A stretch of DNA of 64,000 nt from Ascidiella aspersa (taxonomy: Eukaryota). Below the pieces are notes generated by a model. The model ran no database searches and was not told the DNA's origin. It saw only the letters and a list, made by a program, of their open reading frames with translations. Positions 42,737 through 53,345 of this stretch are shown one piece after another (the first letter of the stretch is position 1; each line of letters starts with the position of its first letter). The stretch lies in contig OZ004615.1 in the NCBI GenBank assembly GCA_963924565.1, positions 25,544,001 to 25,608,000 of the forward strand. The letters run 5' to 3'. A program made the translations under genes and the position numbers.

Positions 42737-43830
42737 ACGTTCGTCGCGGTACGATTGTGACGTCATAGAGTAGTAGCTCACCCCGATTCAAGGCGGCGCG
42801 AAAATGTTCCATTTGTTTTCAAAATATTCCGTGTTTTTTTTGCCTTGTGTTTTTTTCACGTTTTTTTTTCGTGTCTCCCTTTGTGGCTTCAAGACCCCGC
42901 GATTTTTTTTTCGGCGAAATACGGAAGCCGCGTTTTGTGTACCGTACCTTCGCCCTTTTTGTACCGTACCTTCGCTTTTTTTGCCGCGTTTTCAAGCAAT
43001 CCCTCTGGCCCCACCTGGCGGCCAAATGTTTTTTTTTTGAGCTCATAGAAATCTTACGCGGCCTCTCTTTACTGACGTTTTTTTCGGGGCCATATTTTTC
43101 CACTTTTGGATTACGTTAAGCCCTCGTAATGTCAAATAATAGATTTTGAAACTGAACCACGATAAGACCTTGCGTTTCTATAGTAGTGCCTAAAATAAAG
43201 TATTTAAAGACCACCGCTGTATTATTATATTCACAGCAATATTTATTTTGGTATTTTAAATTCAATATTTCACCGATAAGAACCACGTTGGTCGTATTTT
43301 AACCCGACAGCATTTTTTTGGATGCACAAATCTAAATTGTCATAGCTCGGTAAAAATCCAAAAAGCTAACGAAACTTTTACTTTGGATAAATGCGAACTT
43401 ATGTAAAGCTTCTAAACTTCTACATTCAATATACGCCCGAAAAACTCCAAAAATAACCAAAGGTTATACAAACTGTATTTATATTTGGTTTATTAAAAAA
43501 TACTCTTTGAATCATTTTAACCCGACTCCGCAATTAAACGTAGAAACCAATCAATAATAAAAGCAATAAAATTCAACAAATTCCACAAATTTCACCCAAA
43601 CCCCTTAAAAAGGCCGTAATTCTTGGCAGACAATGTCCAGCCCCAATTTCCTCGTGTTGATAAAGCAGGGTCTCATGTGTGTTTGTGATAAATGCATCTT
43701 ATCTCACCACAGCACTAGAGTTTAGACAGGACGACGCGACCAAACCGACCTAGATTGACCCCTGCTATCTCGAACTGCCAGCAGGGATTTAAAATGTAGT
43801 TTTTTACTTGACCGTGCTATTCGTTTAAGC

Positions 43831-44068
43831 CAGTGGTTCTTAACCTTATGGGTATTTTTTGGTGTCAAGTTTTAGCTACAGAACGCGATTTTGACCGCTG
43901 AAAAGTAAATGTAATGTTCAAGCTTTTAAATATGTAGGTTTTTAATGTTTCTTGAATGCGAATCAATAAATTATTTAAAAGTGTTTATTTATTACTTGAT
44001 GCATGGAATAACTTTATCGCTTTTCATTTTTCGTTAGTAAAACAAACTTAAAAAGTTAAGAACCACTG
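43831..44068. mobile_element. hAT-type MITE in the putative 3'UTR
   Basis: TIR cagtggttcttaac ... gttaagaaccactg; flanks gtttaagc / gtttaaac (7/8). Confidence 0.85.
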
Positions 44069-45224
44069 GTTTAAACTTTTTTTTCCGAATCCTAGTTTTT
44101 TTAGCTTTAAGCGTGCAAAAGCTGATTTTTGTTAATTTTCATGCCTTTTTTTCAAAGCGGAAAACCGAACCGTTAGGATTTTTCGAAAAAAAAAAAAAGT
44201 TTTGGCTAAAAAAACGACGCAATTTCTTGCCCCTGTTCAAAAACTGAAAATATCCCCTAAAAATGGCAATTTTTGTTTCTCGGAACAAAAAAAGCGTATT
44301 TTTGAGGTTATAAGTCGTAACCACACTTCTACTTTAAACTGTCGTGATATTTCATTGTAACAACAAGGTGCCCTTCGAAATGTTTTTGTAAACCGTTAAT
44401 TTAACGCATTGGTGTCACTTTCAACATTCTGTGGGTTTTTTTCATTATCTCGAACCGACATAACCCTTCTTTCTCCCAAACCAACCCCAGAATTCACCCA
44501 CACCTGTCGTTTCGCCCAACCCACGCGTAACGTCAAAATTGCAGGGCGCGGCCGGTTCCGTGATTACTGGACCGTGACCTATTTTTCATACGTGTTTTAG
44601 AAACTCACCCCGTTCAACAATTTCGACTCAAATAGGTGGACTTCGAACAATTTTTTATTCTTTTTTTATGGAAAAAATGCATTTTAAAGTTAAAAGTTCA
44701 CTTTCCAACCTCATACAACTCATTTAATCAGTTTATTTTTACATTTTTTGAAAAAAATAATTTCTTTATTTAAAACTTTTTTTTAAGTTAAAGACCATAT
44801 TCATGTGATTGGTGATTTAAGTTTCCAGACGAGTACATTTTGTACGAGTCATTTCACACTCGTTACTCAGCTTTAAGTAGCTTTGGATTTGTTACATTGC
44901 AGACAAATTTGAACGCAATCCATTTAATCTGTCAGGTTTTTACTTTAAGTGATACCTTTGTATATTGTACTGGAACATTTGATTTCAACGTTCGGCTTAT
45001 CAGACTTTTTATGACCTTTCTACTCGCACTATTATTACCAGGATAAAATTGTAAAAAAACTTATTTTATCGTTAAATCATTCCACAGAGCGCCGTTTTAC
45101 TTTATAGATGGATATATAGTTCACGTAAAACCTATTGTAAGAAAAGTAGCACATTTATCACCTATCCTTGTTCACATATTAACGCCTTTTTCTTTCGCGA
45201 TTGTAATTAGAAGGTTCGGATTCT

Positions 45225-45450
45225 TTCGTTAAACTTCGCCTGTTTTCGGACAATTTCGCTAAACTTCGCCTGTTTTCGGATACTGTGGCCAAACTTTGCA
45301 TGTTTTTTTTTTCCGATTTCCCGAAACCCTCCACACAAAAACTTCCCCTACTTTGGGATCCGTTCACAAAAACTTCGCGTCTTTTCGGATCCGTTCACAA
45401 AAACTTCGCGTGTTTTTGGATTCTTTCGCAAAGCTTCGCCGACTTTCGCG
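45225..45450 (+). repeat. ~30-bp degenerate minisatellite
   Basis: Recurrent aaacttcgc.tgttttcggat.cgttc.c units (about 7). Confidence 0.8.
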
Positions 45451-45778
45451 CTATTTGTTCACGGGTGTCTTACCATATGCATTTTGTACCTAATACTACT
45501 ACTACTACTATACCTTGTTCGTTCGCGTTTATTTTTGTTTATTCCCTCGTTTCTCAAAAAAGGTTTTAACTCTTTGGCGATTTGTTTCGTCTGTTTATGT
45601 TCATTTTTTTCGCGTGTTTTCCAATTTTGTTGAAGTTTTTTTCAAATTCTGTTTTATGTGCCTCCCCTACCACCAATGTACCTCGCCCCCCCCCCCCCGT
45701 ACCCCCTGACCCCTAAACACCCGGGATTCCCCTGTTTCTCCGGGTTGTTTGACCTTCACCAGTCGTCTGTTTCCAAGA

Positions 45779-45784
45779 AATAAA
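45779..45784 (+). terminator. Candidate polyadenylation signal of the FAM117/GLCCI1 gene
   Basis: AATAAA after about 3 kb of U-rich 3'UTR-like sequence, followed by GT-rich gtttcgttgtgctgtttt. Other AATAAA hexamers (e.g. ~43194) are alternatives. Confidence 0.4.
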
Positions 45785-45944
45785 CTTTCCAAGTCAAAAG
45801 TTTCGTTGTGCTGTTTTAGACTAGACAAGGCAGAATGGGTTGTTTTTTGTTAAGCCGTGTCCAAAATTGCTGATTGATACGTTCCAACAAAAGCAGCTGA
45901 AGGAGAAAAAGCCAAAAATTAAAACATAGACAGTGAACTATATT

Positions 45945-46227
45945 TAGGGGGTCCATGAAGGCCTGATTGAAGTGTTAGTGTATATTTAAGAAGTAATTAA
46001 TTTTTCAAAGAACAGAGTTTAATTAAAAATAAATGGTTTTGCACTGAGTGTTTTAGACTCCATTTCACTTTCAAATTATTTGAACAAATCAGCGGATTTC
46101 AAATCTATTTGTATTGTGATTGTGAATTTATGACGTCATCTGTGAAAATGTCTTGCATACCGGGGTCCACGCGAAGCAAAAAAAAAATAAATTAGGGGTC
46201 CGCGGTAAAAAAAGTTTAAGAATCCCT
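45945..46227. mobile_element. Partial MITE; related inverted copy at ~8490-8726
   Basis: Ends in gtttaagaatccctg with ggggtcc motifs. Internal ttttagactccatttca / aatcagcggatt is the reverse complement of sequence at 8580-8630. Confidence 0.55.
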
Positions 46228-47959
46228 GATGTAACTGCATTTGTGTTACCCTATGTCAGTGTTTTTTTCGACCTATGGGTAACGACGGAAAATTGTGTCG
46301 GGTTTAATTTTGTTGGGTCGCCGACTGAAGTGAATTTTGCATGGTTAGATTTGTTAAAATTGATTCCGAGTGAGATTGTTTTTTAAATTAGGAAAATTGC
46401 GAAAGGAATAGAAAGAAATTGCTTAATATAAATTAAATTCCAACTTTTTTGTGCTAATGTATTATGTTTTGTTGGCTTACAAAAAAGTTCAGTGAAGAGA
46501 TTTGAGTCCCAAAGCTTTGCTGTTACACGAATGCGCCTTATGTTTGGGTCGCCACGATATAAGGTTAAGAAACATTTCCTTTTGTCTCTTTGCTGTTCTT
46601 AGATAGCAATCGTTAAACTCTCTACTGACACCAATCGACAGCTATTTTTTAAAATCAAGCAACTTGCTAAAGTTAAATATTCTTGTCGCGATAAACACAC
46701 CTAATAAAACAACTCCAGGTAAAAATTTAAATAAAGTGAAAAAAAATGAAGCATTTTCTTATTCTATTTGAAAAGAATACTTCAACAAAGAAAAGAATAC
46801 TTCAACAAATGACTGTAAAGCAACGCGGATAACTTTTTATTTGGAAGAGATAAACTATTTTTAAGTTATTAGTTTTTAAACTGCCGGTGATTGGAAAATT
46901 ATTAGTCGGCTTATTGTTTTAATGATGCGAATTTTGCGAGAAATAACAACTTTAAATTTGCTAATTTCAACTAAATATGTTTGTGAATCTATTCTACGGC
47001 AATGATGTAATGAATGAAGTCAATGACATCACTTCAGACTTGAGTGCACTTAATTGACTGTTTTTAAATGACTATAGACTTGACTTTAATATTTTGGACA
47101 ATTGTTTTGGCTTGGACTTCATAGTGCCTAATAACTTAAAATGAAACGTTTCATTAAATATGTTTTGATAACATTGATTGATTTATCTTAATTTATCCAC
47201 GTAAAATAATTAACTTGCTATATGTTACGTTTTTTTACAACCATGCTTTGAGAATCAATGACGGGAGCAAACAATATTAAAACATTAAGTAAGCCTGCCA
47301 AGGTGTAAAAGTGAATAAATGCCAGATTACATGATACAGGCGTTGATCATTTTCGTATTAAGGAGCTACATGCTGAGAGTTATTTTGTACGCCCTGTCTA
47401 TATTTGGAATCTTAACAATACCACCAAATTGCTGTGAAGTCATTTAAAAAAAACGCCCAGTCAAGAATTTGAATAAAATAACTAGTCAAGGCCCAGTGTA
47501 AGTCATTACTGAACAAGTAAACTCCCATTGACAAAAAAGAGGCCTGGATAAATTTTATGAAAAATTGTTGGATGAAAACACTTAATTTTAACTCAAGTAA
47601 TTTCACTGAATGACTTAAGTCAAAGGCAAGTCAAATCATTTGAAAGCAGCAACTTAAGTGCACTTCAGACTAGTCATTGACTAAAGTCAACACAACACTG
47701 CGTAACCATTAAAATATTAAAGAAGTTATTAACCCTAAGAATGTCATGCATACTTGTAACAATGTGTAATTACCTGAACTTAGTTGTTTACTGAATTCCA
47801 AGAATACTTTTCGCAGCGAAACCTACAAAGGAATTTGTCGAAAAAAGGAAATGAAACCCATGTTTTGTGATGTAATCGCGTGGGCGTAGCCATACTTTCC
47901 GCTTCACGATTTCTTACAATGTGGCTTAAAAAAGGTTTTGGCCAACAAAAAAGGTTTTG

Positions 47960-48037
47960 TAGCTTGATAATGAAAAGTTCGAGTAGATCGAACTCATGTT
48001 GATTAAGACGTTTCGATACGAGCTTGTATCATCTTCA
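47960..48037 (-). mobile_element. Short hammerhead-ribozyme-bearing element, copy with 13-bp flanking direct repeat
   Basis: Minus strand UGAAGA-U-GAUAC-aagcuc-GUAUC-GAAACGUC-UUAAUC; flanked by aaaaaaggttttg at 47947-47959 and 48038-48050. Confidence 0.75.
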
Positions 48038-49359
48038 AAAAAAGGTTTTGGTTGGTGATTTGGCAATTTGTTTCATATCGAACCTTGATTTTCCCAAAAG
48101 TAACGCGATCCGACCCGGTGACATTCATTTCATAACTACGGCCAAAAAACAAAATTGCAGGAATTTAATTAAACGTACAAATAAAATATTAACCATATAA
48201 CTGAGGGGCAATATATTTCAGCGGTATAGCTTAGTAACCTTTCATTTAAATTTTTGCCTGTATTATTTTTTTTTTGACAAAGGTACCTTTTGTAGAAAAT
48301 CAAAAATTATTTGAAAACCAAAAATTACCAAACTTGATAAATACTGTTAAATTCTGGTATCCGTTATCACGAGGCGATAATTTTTTTTTGTTTTTTTGGC
48401 AGCAATTATTACCAATGTATGAGGCACAGTAAAGTTTGTCAATAAAATATGTCGCGTTTAAACATCATCATAATAATTTAGTACTTACTTGACATATTAA
48501 GCACGAGTTCTATTTCTTCCTTGCGTTTGTTTGAGTTCGAAGAAGTGTGAACCCCTGTGAAATAAATATGTTGGCATAATCCAACCTTTTTTGGCCAAAA
48601 AATAATTTGCACTGATATATGAATAATTACAATAGTTTAGGTAGTGTTTAAAATTTATTTCTTTTTTACTGTTAAAGTTAAAAAAGTTGCAGTTTAATTT
48701 TTGCATAAACAACTAATATCATAATATTGCTGGACTTCTGAATATAATAACTGTATATCTTTTGAGTTTTCTATGCTTATTTGTTTTCCTATCTTAGGGG
48801 AAGCCCGCACAGTGGTCATTGAAGATTAAGACCTAGTGTCAAAATGCAAGAATGTTTTTTCCTTTAACAAGTAATGTTTTTTGCTGGAATTTAACTGATT
48901 ATTTGCTTTTCAAAGTAAACTGATTACATAAAGACAATAATTTGAAATTGTAACCAAGCCTAACTACTGTGTATTTAAAATTATGTAAGCTGGGCCTTAA
49001 AAGTACTACCTGGCTATCCTATTTTATGGAAGAGATTACACTTGGTCAATGTTTCTTCTACCCGGAAGAGTTATGTCTTACAACTCCACGAACAAGTTTA
49101 CATCAAAGTTAAAATGTTTTGGAGTTAAAAGCTGTACAGTTACTGATTTCTTTCAAACCTGAAGTTTTTTTTAGCAATATCCTTCCTTTATTGGTTGTCC
49201 TGTTTTTAAAACAGAGAGTCTGTTGGTTTTAGATTATTGGACAGTTATTCATGGTAATTCGTTATTTATGCCCACAATATGGCATGAATTTGATTCGTGT
49301 TTGAAGTCGTCTTGCAGAAATATATGATCATGCAATAATTCCAATGACTACATGACAAC

Positions 49360-49380
49360 ATGGATTCCACTTCTAAAAAG
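49360..49380 (+). CDS. Atypical Rho-family GTPase, start exon (MDSTSKK)
   Basis: ATG with an upstream in-frame stop and an AAG|GTaggt donor in phase 0, matching the next exon. Confidence 0.6.
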
Positions 49381-50602
49381 GTAGGTCAAGTAAAAGCCAA
49401 TCTGCATTCTGTGGCAAGTGACACCCGATATTATTTTAGCAATTTGTGAATTAGCAAATGGCACACCTTATTTTTGGATTAAGGTTTAATTGTGGCAGGA
49501 TTCCGTACCTTAGGTATGCATAAAAACATATTGCACACCTAAACGTTTGGCGGTGCACTCCCAAGATCTTTGTGAAAGTGCTATGAAATACAGTCTGGCT
49601 TAGTAATAGGTAGCAAGCATTTTTAAAATTACTTCAATTAAAGTCCAGTCAAATTATTTGCACATGGTTTAAAAAGTTATAAAATACAATATTAAATGTT
49701 TAACTTTGAAGGCAAAATATTTTTCTGACTTAGAACAAGGCTCGCACACAATGTTACGACTTTACTAGTAATTCTAGAAAATTACCTAGGCCTCCTGTAA
49801 AGCCGTTAGTGAGTCCTTATTTTCGGGCATTAAATAACCTACCAAAGAGAACTTATATTAAAGACCACAACAAGAAAACCCAATGTACAGATGTATTGGT
49901 TGCAAGAATAGAATATTACCACACCACAAACAATAATGACACTTAGACACACACAATTACTTACAAAAAACCGACAGACAGAGCATAATGAAACTTACAG
50001 TTTTACTCGCTAATTTCACAAAGCTACACCCAGACGTCTATTGAGCTGTAGGCGGTCAGCCGCTCGTAATATATGCTAAAACAAAACTCCTTTTCACGGG
50101 AACCGACGCGCTCCCGGAAACCCCAGGCCTGCCTTACAGGGCGGCCGTTTCGTGGAAAGATAACATTGGGCAGACCTTTTCGTGAGAAGTTAAACCGCGC
50201 CGGAAAACAAGCGATAAATGATCGTGAGATTTGCAGAAATGTTTGGAGACAGGAAAAAACATGTCTATAGTCCAATTAACGGCGAACACCACAGCGCACA
50301 AGAATATTACGTTAATATACAATTATACATGTCTCGAAATGCGAAAACCTAATTCCTAGCCCTACATTTAAGAACAAAGGCGCTAAATTAATAATGAATG
50401 TTAGAATTTACAGTCGGCGTAATTAGCAACCGGTGATAATTTTGTAGTGCTAATTAAGCACGTAACACACAACATGCCTAAATAAATTATTATTCAGCAA
50501 TCCAACAGTTTATTATGTTTTAAACAAAAATATATAACCCAACTTCTACAATGTTTTATAAACAAAATGGTCAAAATTCAAGCTTTTTTATGTTTTGTCT
50601 AG

Positions 50603-50808
50603 AGACTTGCAAGTATTGAACTCCGAGTTGTGGGAGACAGTTCTGTTGGTAAAACGAGCATGTATCTCCGACATGCCACAAATAAATATCCCACAGAATT
50701 TGATCTGAAAACTTCAAAGGCATTTCACTACGCCCCTACGATAGATCTGGAGCAATGCACATTACAAATTCAAGTCTTGGTATGCAATGGAAGTGATGAA
50801 TATTCAAG
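50603..50808 (+). CDS. Atypical Rho-family GTPase, exon with P-loop (G1-G3)
   Basis: ttttgtctAG / GTaatt. RLASIELRVVGDSSVGKTSMYLRHATNKYPTEFDLKTSKAFHYAPTIDLEQCTLQIQVLVCNGSDEYSR, with a VVGDxxVGKT Rho-type P-loop. Confidence 0.88.
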
Positions 50809-51332
50809 GTAATTAATTTCATGTTTAAAACTTTAAGAGTAATACAACTGAGTGTAGTTCGAGGCTAAACTGGTTTTAGGTCATGTGCTCAGAGAATTCC
50901 AGCAAGTAGTTTTATGTTTGTCTTGTGTTTTTACTTTTTAGTCATGCATTTTGGACATTAATTTTTACAAATAACAAATTGGACTGGATACATAAAAACT
51001 TTAACTGTTAAAACCTTATTTAAACTGATCATAAATAATATGAAACCCCCTACCCAAAGTGTGGTACTTTAAGGCTAAAACTAGTACAAGGAACATATTT
51101 ATGTGTCCTGAAAAAATTACTGCTTATTATTTCAAATTTTTTTCGGTCATAAAGTTTGTGCATGGATTTTTACGAGGGAAAAAATGGAATTAGGAAATAA
51201 AATTTTTAACATGGTAAAAGCCTTGAACAGTTTCTTAAACAAAAACTGACTCCCAGGAATTGTCTATTTTGCTTTCAGGGCTTGTGGAGTTTAAAATTGT
51301 CACTACTCCTAATAAATTGGTTGTTTTGCGAG

Positions 51333-51542
51333 ACCCTTAAGCTATCCTAGGACGGATGTTTTTGTTTTTTGCTTCTCTGTTGACAATCGGCGTTCTTTTG
51401 AAAACATTAAAACTCATTGGAAGCCAGAGATTGAAGAACACTGTCCAGATGTTGCAGCTGTTTTGGTCGGATGCAGAACTGATCTAAGAAATCACCAAGA
51501 AACCATTAAAAAATTAAAGGAAAATGGTGATTCGTTTATTAG
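51333..51542 (+). CDS. Atypical Rho-family GTPase, exon with PLSYP..DVF, G4 and Rho insert
   Basis: PLSYPRTDVFVFCFSVDNRRSFENIKTHWKPEIEEHCPDVAAVLVGCRTDLRNHQETIKKLKENGDSFI is clearly Rho-family. The donor is GTaatt; the acceptor is a weak gcgAG, so the start is uncertain. Confidence 0.85.
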
Positions 51543-52434
51543 GTAATTTGATTTTGACCCATTATTTTATTTTGGAATATATTTTTGTAAGATTGCAAAT
51601 CTTTCGTATTTAAAAATTTTAAATAAAAACTTATTATAATTATAAATGTTCTATTATTAGTTATACCATGGTGTAAAAAATAAATTTTACAGCTTAATAT
51701 CTCTTTGTCAGCTTTTTGAAATCTTTATATTTTTACAATCCCTGTTTGTTGTTAAAAAATTAAAAAAGCTTGACTGAATATTTCATTTTTTAAATTTACA
51801 GTGATTATAACCCGATATATTTTTTAACCTATTAGGATTACAGTACTCAAAATCTACAAGAGTTGTTTCAATTGAATGTTTGACAAACTTTGTTTATTTT
51901 TAGGTGTACATTTTGTAGGGGACTGGGGTTATTATAAAAGTACCAATCAATTTATAGCTTAAAATTTATGAAAAACAACCTGAGTCTGACTCGGGCCGCA
52001 AAAAATCAAAAAAAGTCTGACTCCGGCTCAATTTTCCGATTGTACATTGTCATTAGTTGAAAAAATAACTTAATTGAATAAATAACCTTTTAATAGTGAT
52101 ACTCGCCTGTCATAACTGACTGAGTAGTTTTAACTGACTTTTGACTTTAAAACTGTTTTAATAAACTTATAAACTGGATTATTAACTTTGAAACATAATT
52201 GTTGGAGGTTGTAGAAAGGCGTAATAAGAATATCAAAGCCCAAACACTTATTATAATTGCTTTCCCACTATATTAAAAATGAATGAAGAGTTTTTCAAAA
52301 CGTTCAAAATGCTCCCTACTTCTATATGGGCTTTAATATTCATTTTACGTCTAACTACGACCTCCATCCATAATCTTAAGAGTTATTTGAAACATTCACA
52401 ACATGATACCTACTTCTGTATGGGATTTGATATT

Positions 52435-52528
52435 GCTTGGTAATAAATGCAAAGCCAAAAAGGTCGAGTAGATCGACAACTTTTTGATTAAGATGTTTTG
52501 ATACGAGCTTGTATCATCTTCAGTTAAT
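52435..52528 (-). mobile_element. Hammerhead-bearing element, copy 2 (last intron of the Rho gene)
   Basis: Minus strand AUUAA-CUGAAGA-U-GAUAC..GUAUC-aAAACaUC-UUAAU; stem I is intact and there are two CpG-type substitutions. Confidence 0.72.
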
Positions 52529-52581
52529 GTGTTGCTTTGATATTCTTATTACAAATTATTTACTAATACTATTTTTTTCAG

Positions 52582-52747
52582 CCCTGAAGAAGGCCGCCAG
52601 ATGGCAGCAGAGATCGGAGCGGCCCGATATCTTGAATGTTCGGCTCTCACAGGGGAAGGAACTGAACAACTTCTTAAAGTTCCTGGAGAAGTCGCTTTGA
52701 ATCACAACATCAAGATAAAAAAGAACAAAAACTGCAAGATATTGTAA
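52582..52747 (+). CDS. Atypical Rho-family GTPase, terminal exon with G5, polybasic tail and CAAX
   Basis: tttttcAG acceptor, phase 2. SPEEGRQMAAEIGAARYLECSALTGEGTEQLLKVPGEVALNHNIKIKKNKNCKIL*; YLECSA G5 motif and CKIL prenylation box. Confidence 0.9.
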
Positions 52748-52868
52748 AATGTGTGTTTGGTTCACTGGTCATTCAAAGAACACCCATGGGCCAGGAGCGA
52801 AATGCGGGTTAGTTCTTCAGTTTCGCGGGATACGAACAGGCTGGTGTTACCGTTTGTGTGGGTTTAAG

Positions 52869-53345
52869 CAGGTCTGTGGAGTCGGTTAAAAATAACCCGA
52901 GCCCGACTTCCGAGTCCGGCCCTAACTCTGCAATCTGTATTTCACCAATTTACATTACTAAAAACGTTGATATTCAGAAAACCACTTATAGGGGTGTCGC
53001 ATAATTCATTCACTTACAATACATGGTTGGAAAATATCAACCATAAGCTATACCTTTACAGTTTGCAGTTGGCCGCCATATCAGTTTCAAAATGTGGTAA
53101 TGCGCATGTCGGACTCGGGGCTCGGGTAGTTTTACGTGGTCTTACTCGAGTTCCGACTCTACAGCCTATTTTTCACCCATTTGAGATGATTATACAGCTA
53201 CAAACTGATAGGGGTGTGATATAATAAACCGTTCCTTAACACATGGTTGGAATTTGGTACCGCACACGTCGGGCTCGGGTAGTCTTTCTTAAGTCCCGAG
53301 TCCGACTCCAGCGAAATAAACCACTCCGTCGAGTCCGACTCTGCA
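52869..53345. repeat. gagtcgg/ccgactc-rich dispersed repeat (MITE-like); other pieces at ~51980-52030, 54410-54519 and 57272-57330
   Basis: Shared terminus cagg.ct..ggagtcggttaaaaataacccgag.ccgac found in both orientations. Confidence 0.65.

Noticed and set aside
42804-43119. Overlapping F-rich and K/R-rich ORFs
   Set aside because: By-products of U-rich 3'UTR sequence.
49528-49550. miR-92-family microRNA (TATTGCAC start on a hairpin 3' arm)
   Set aside because: The stem is too short for a pre-miRNA and the sequence beyond the seed does not resemble miR-92.
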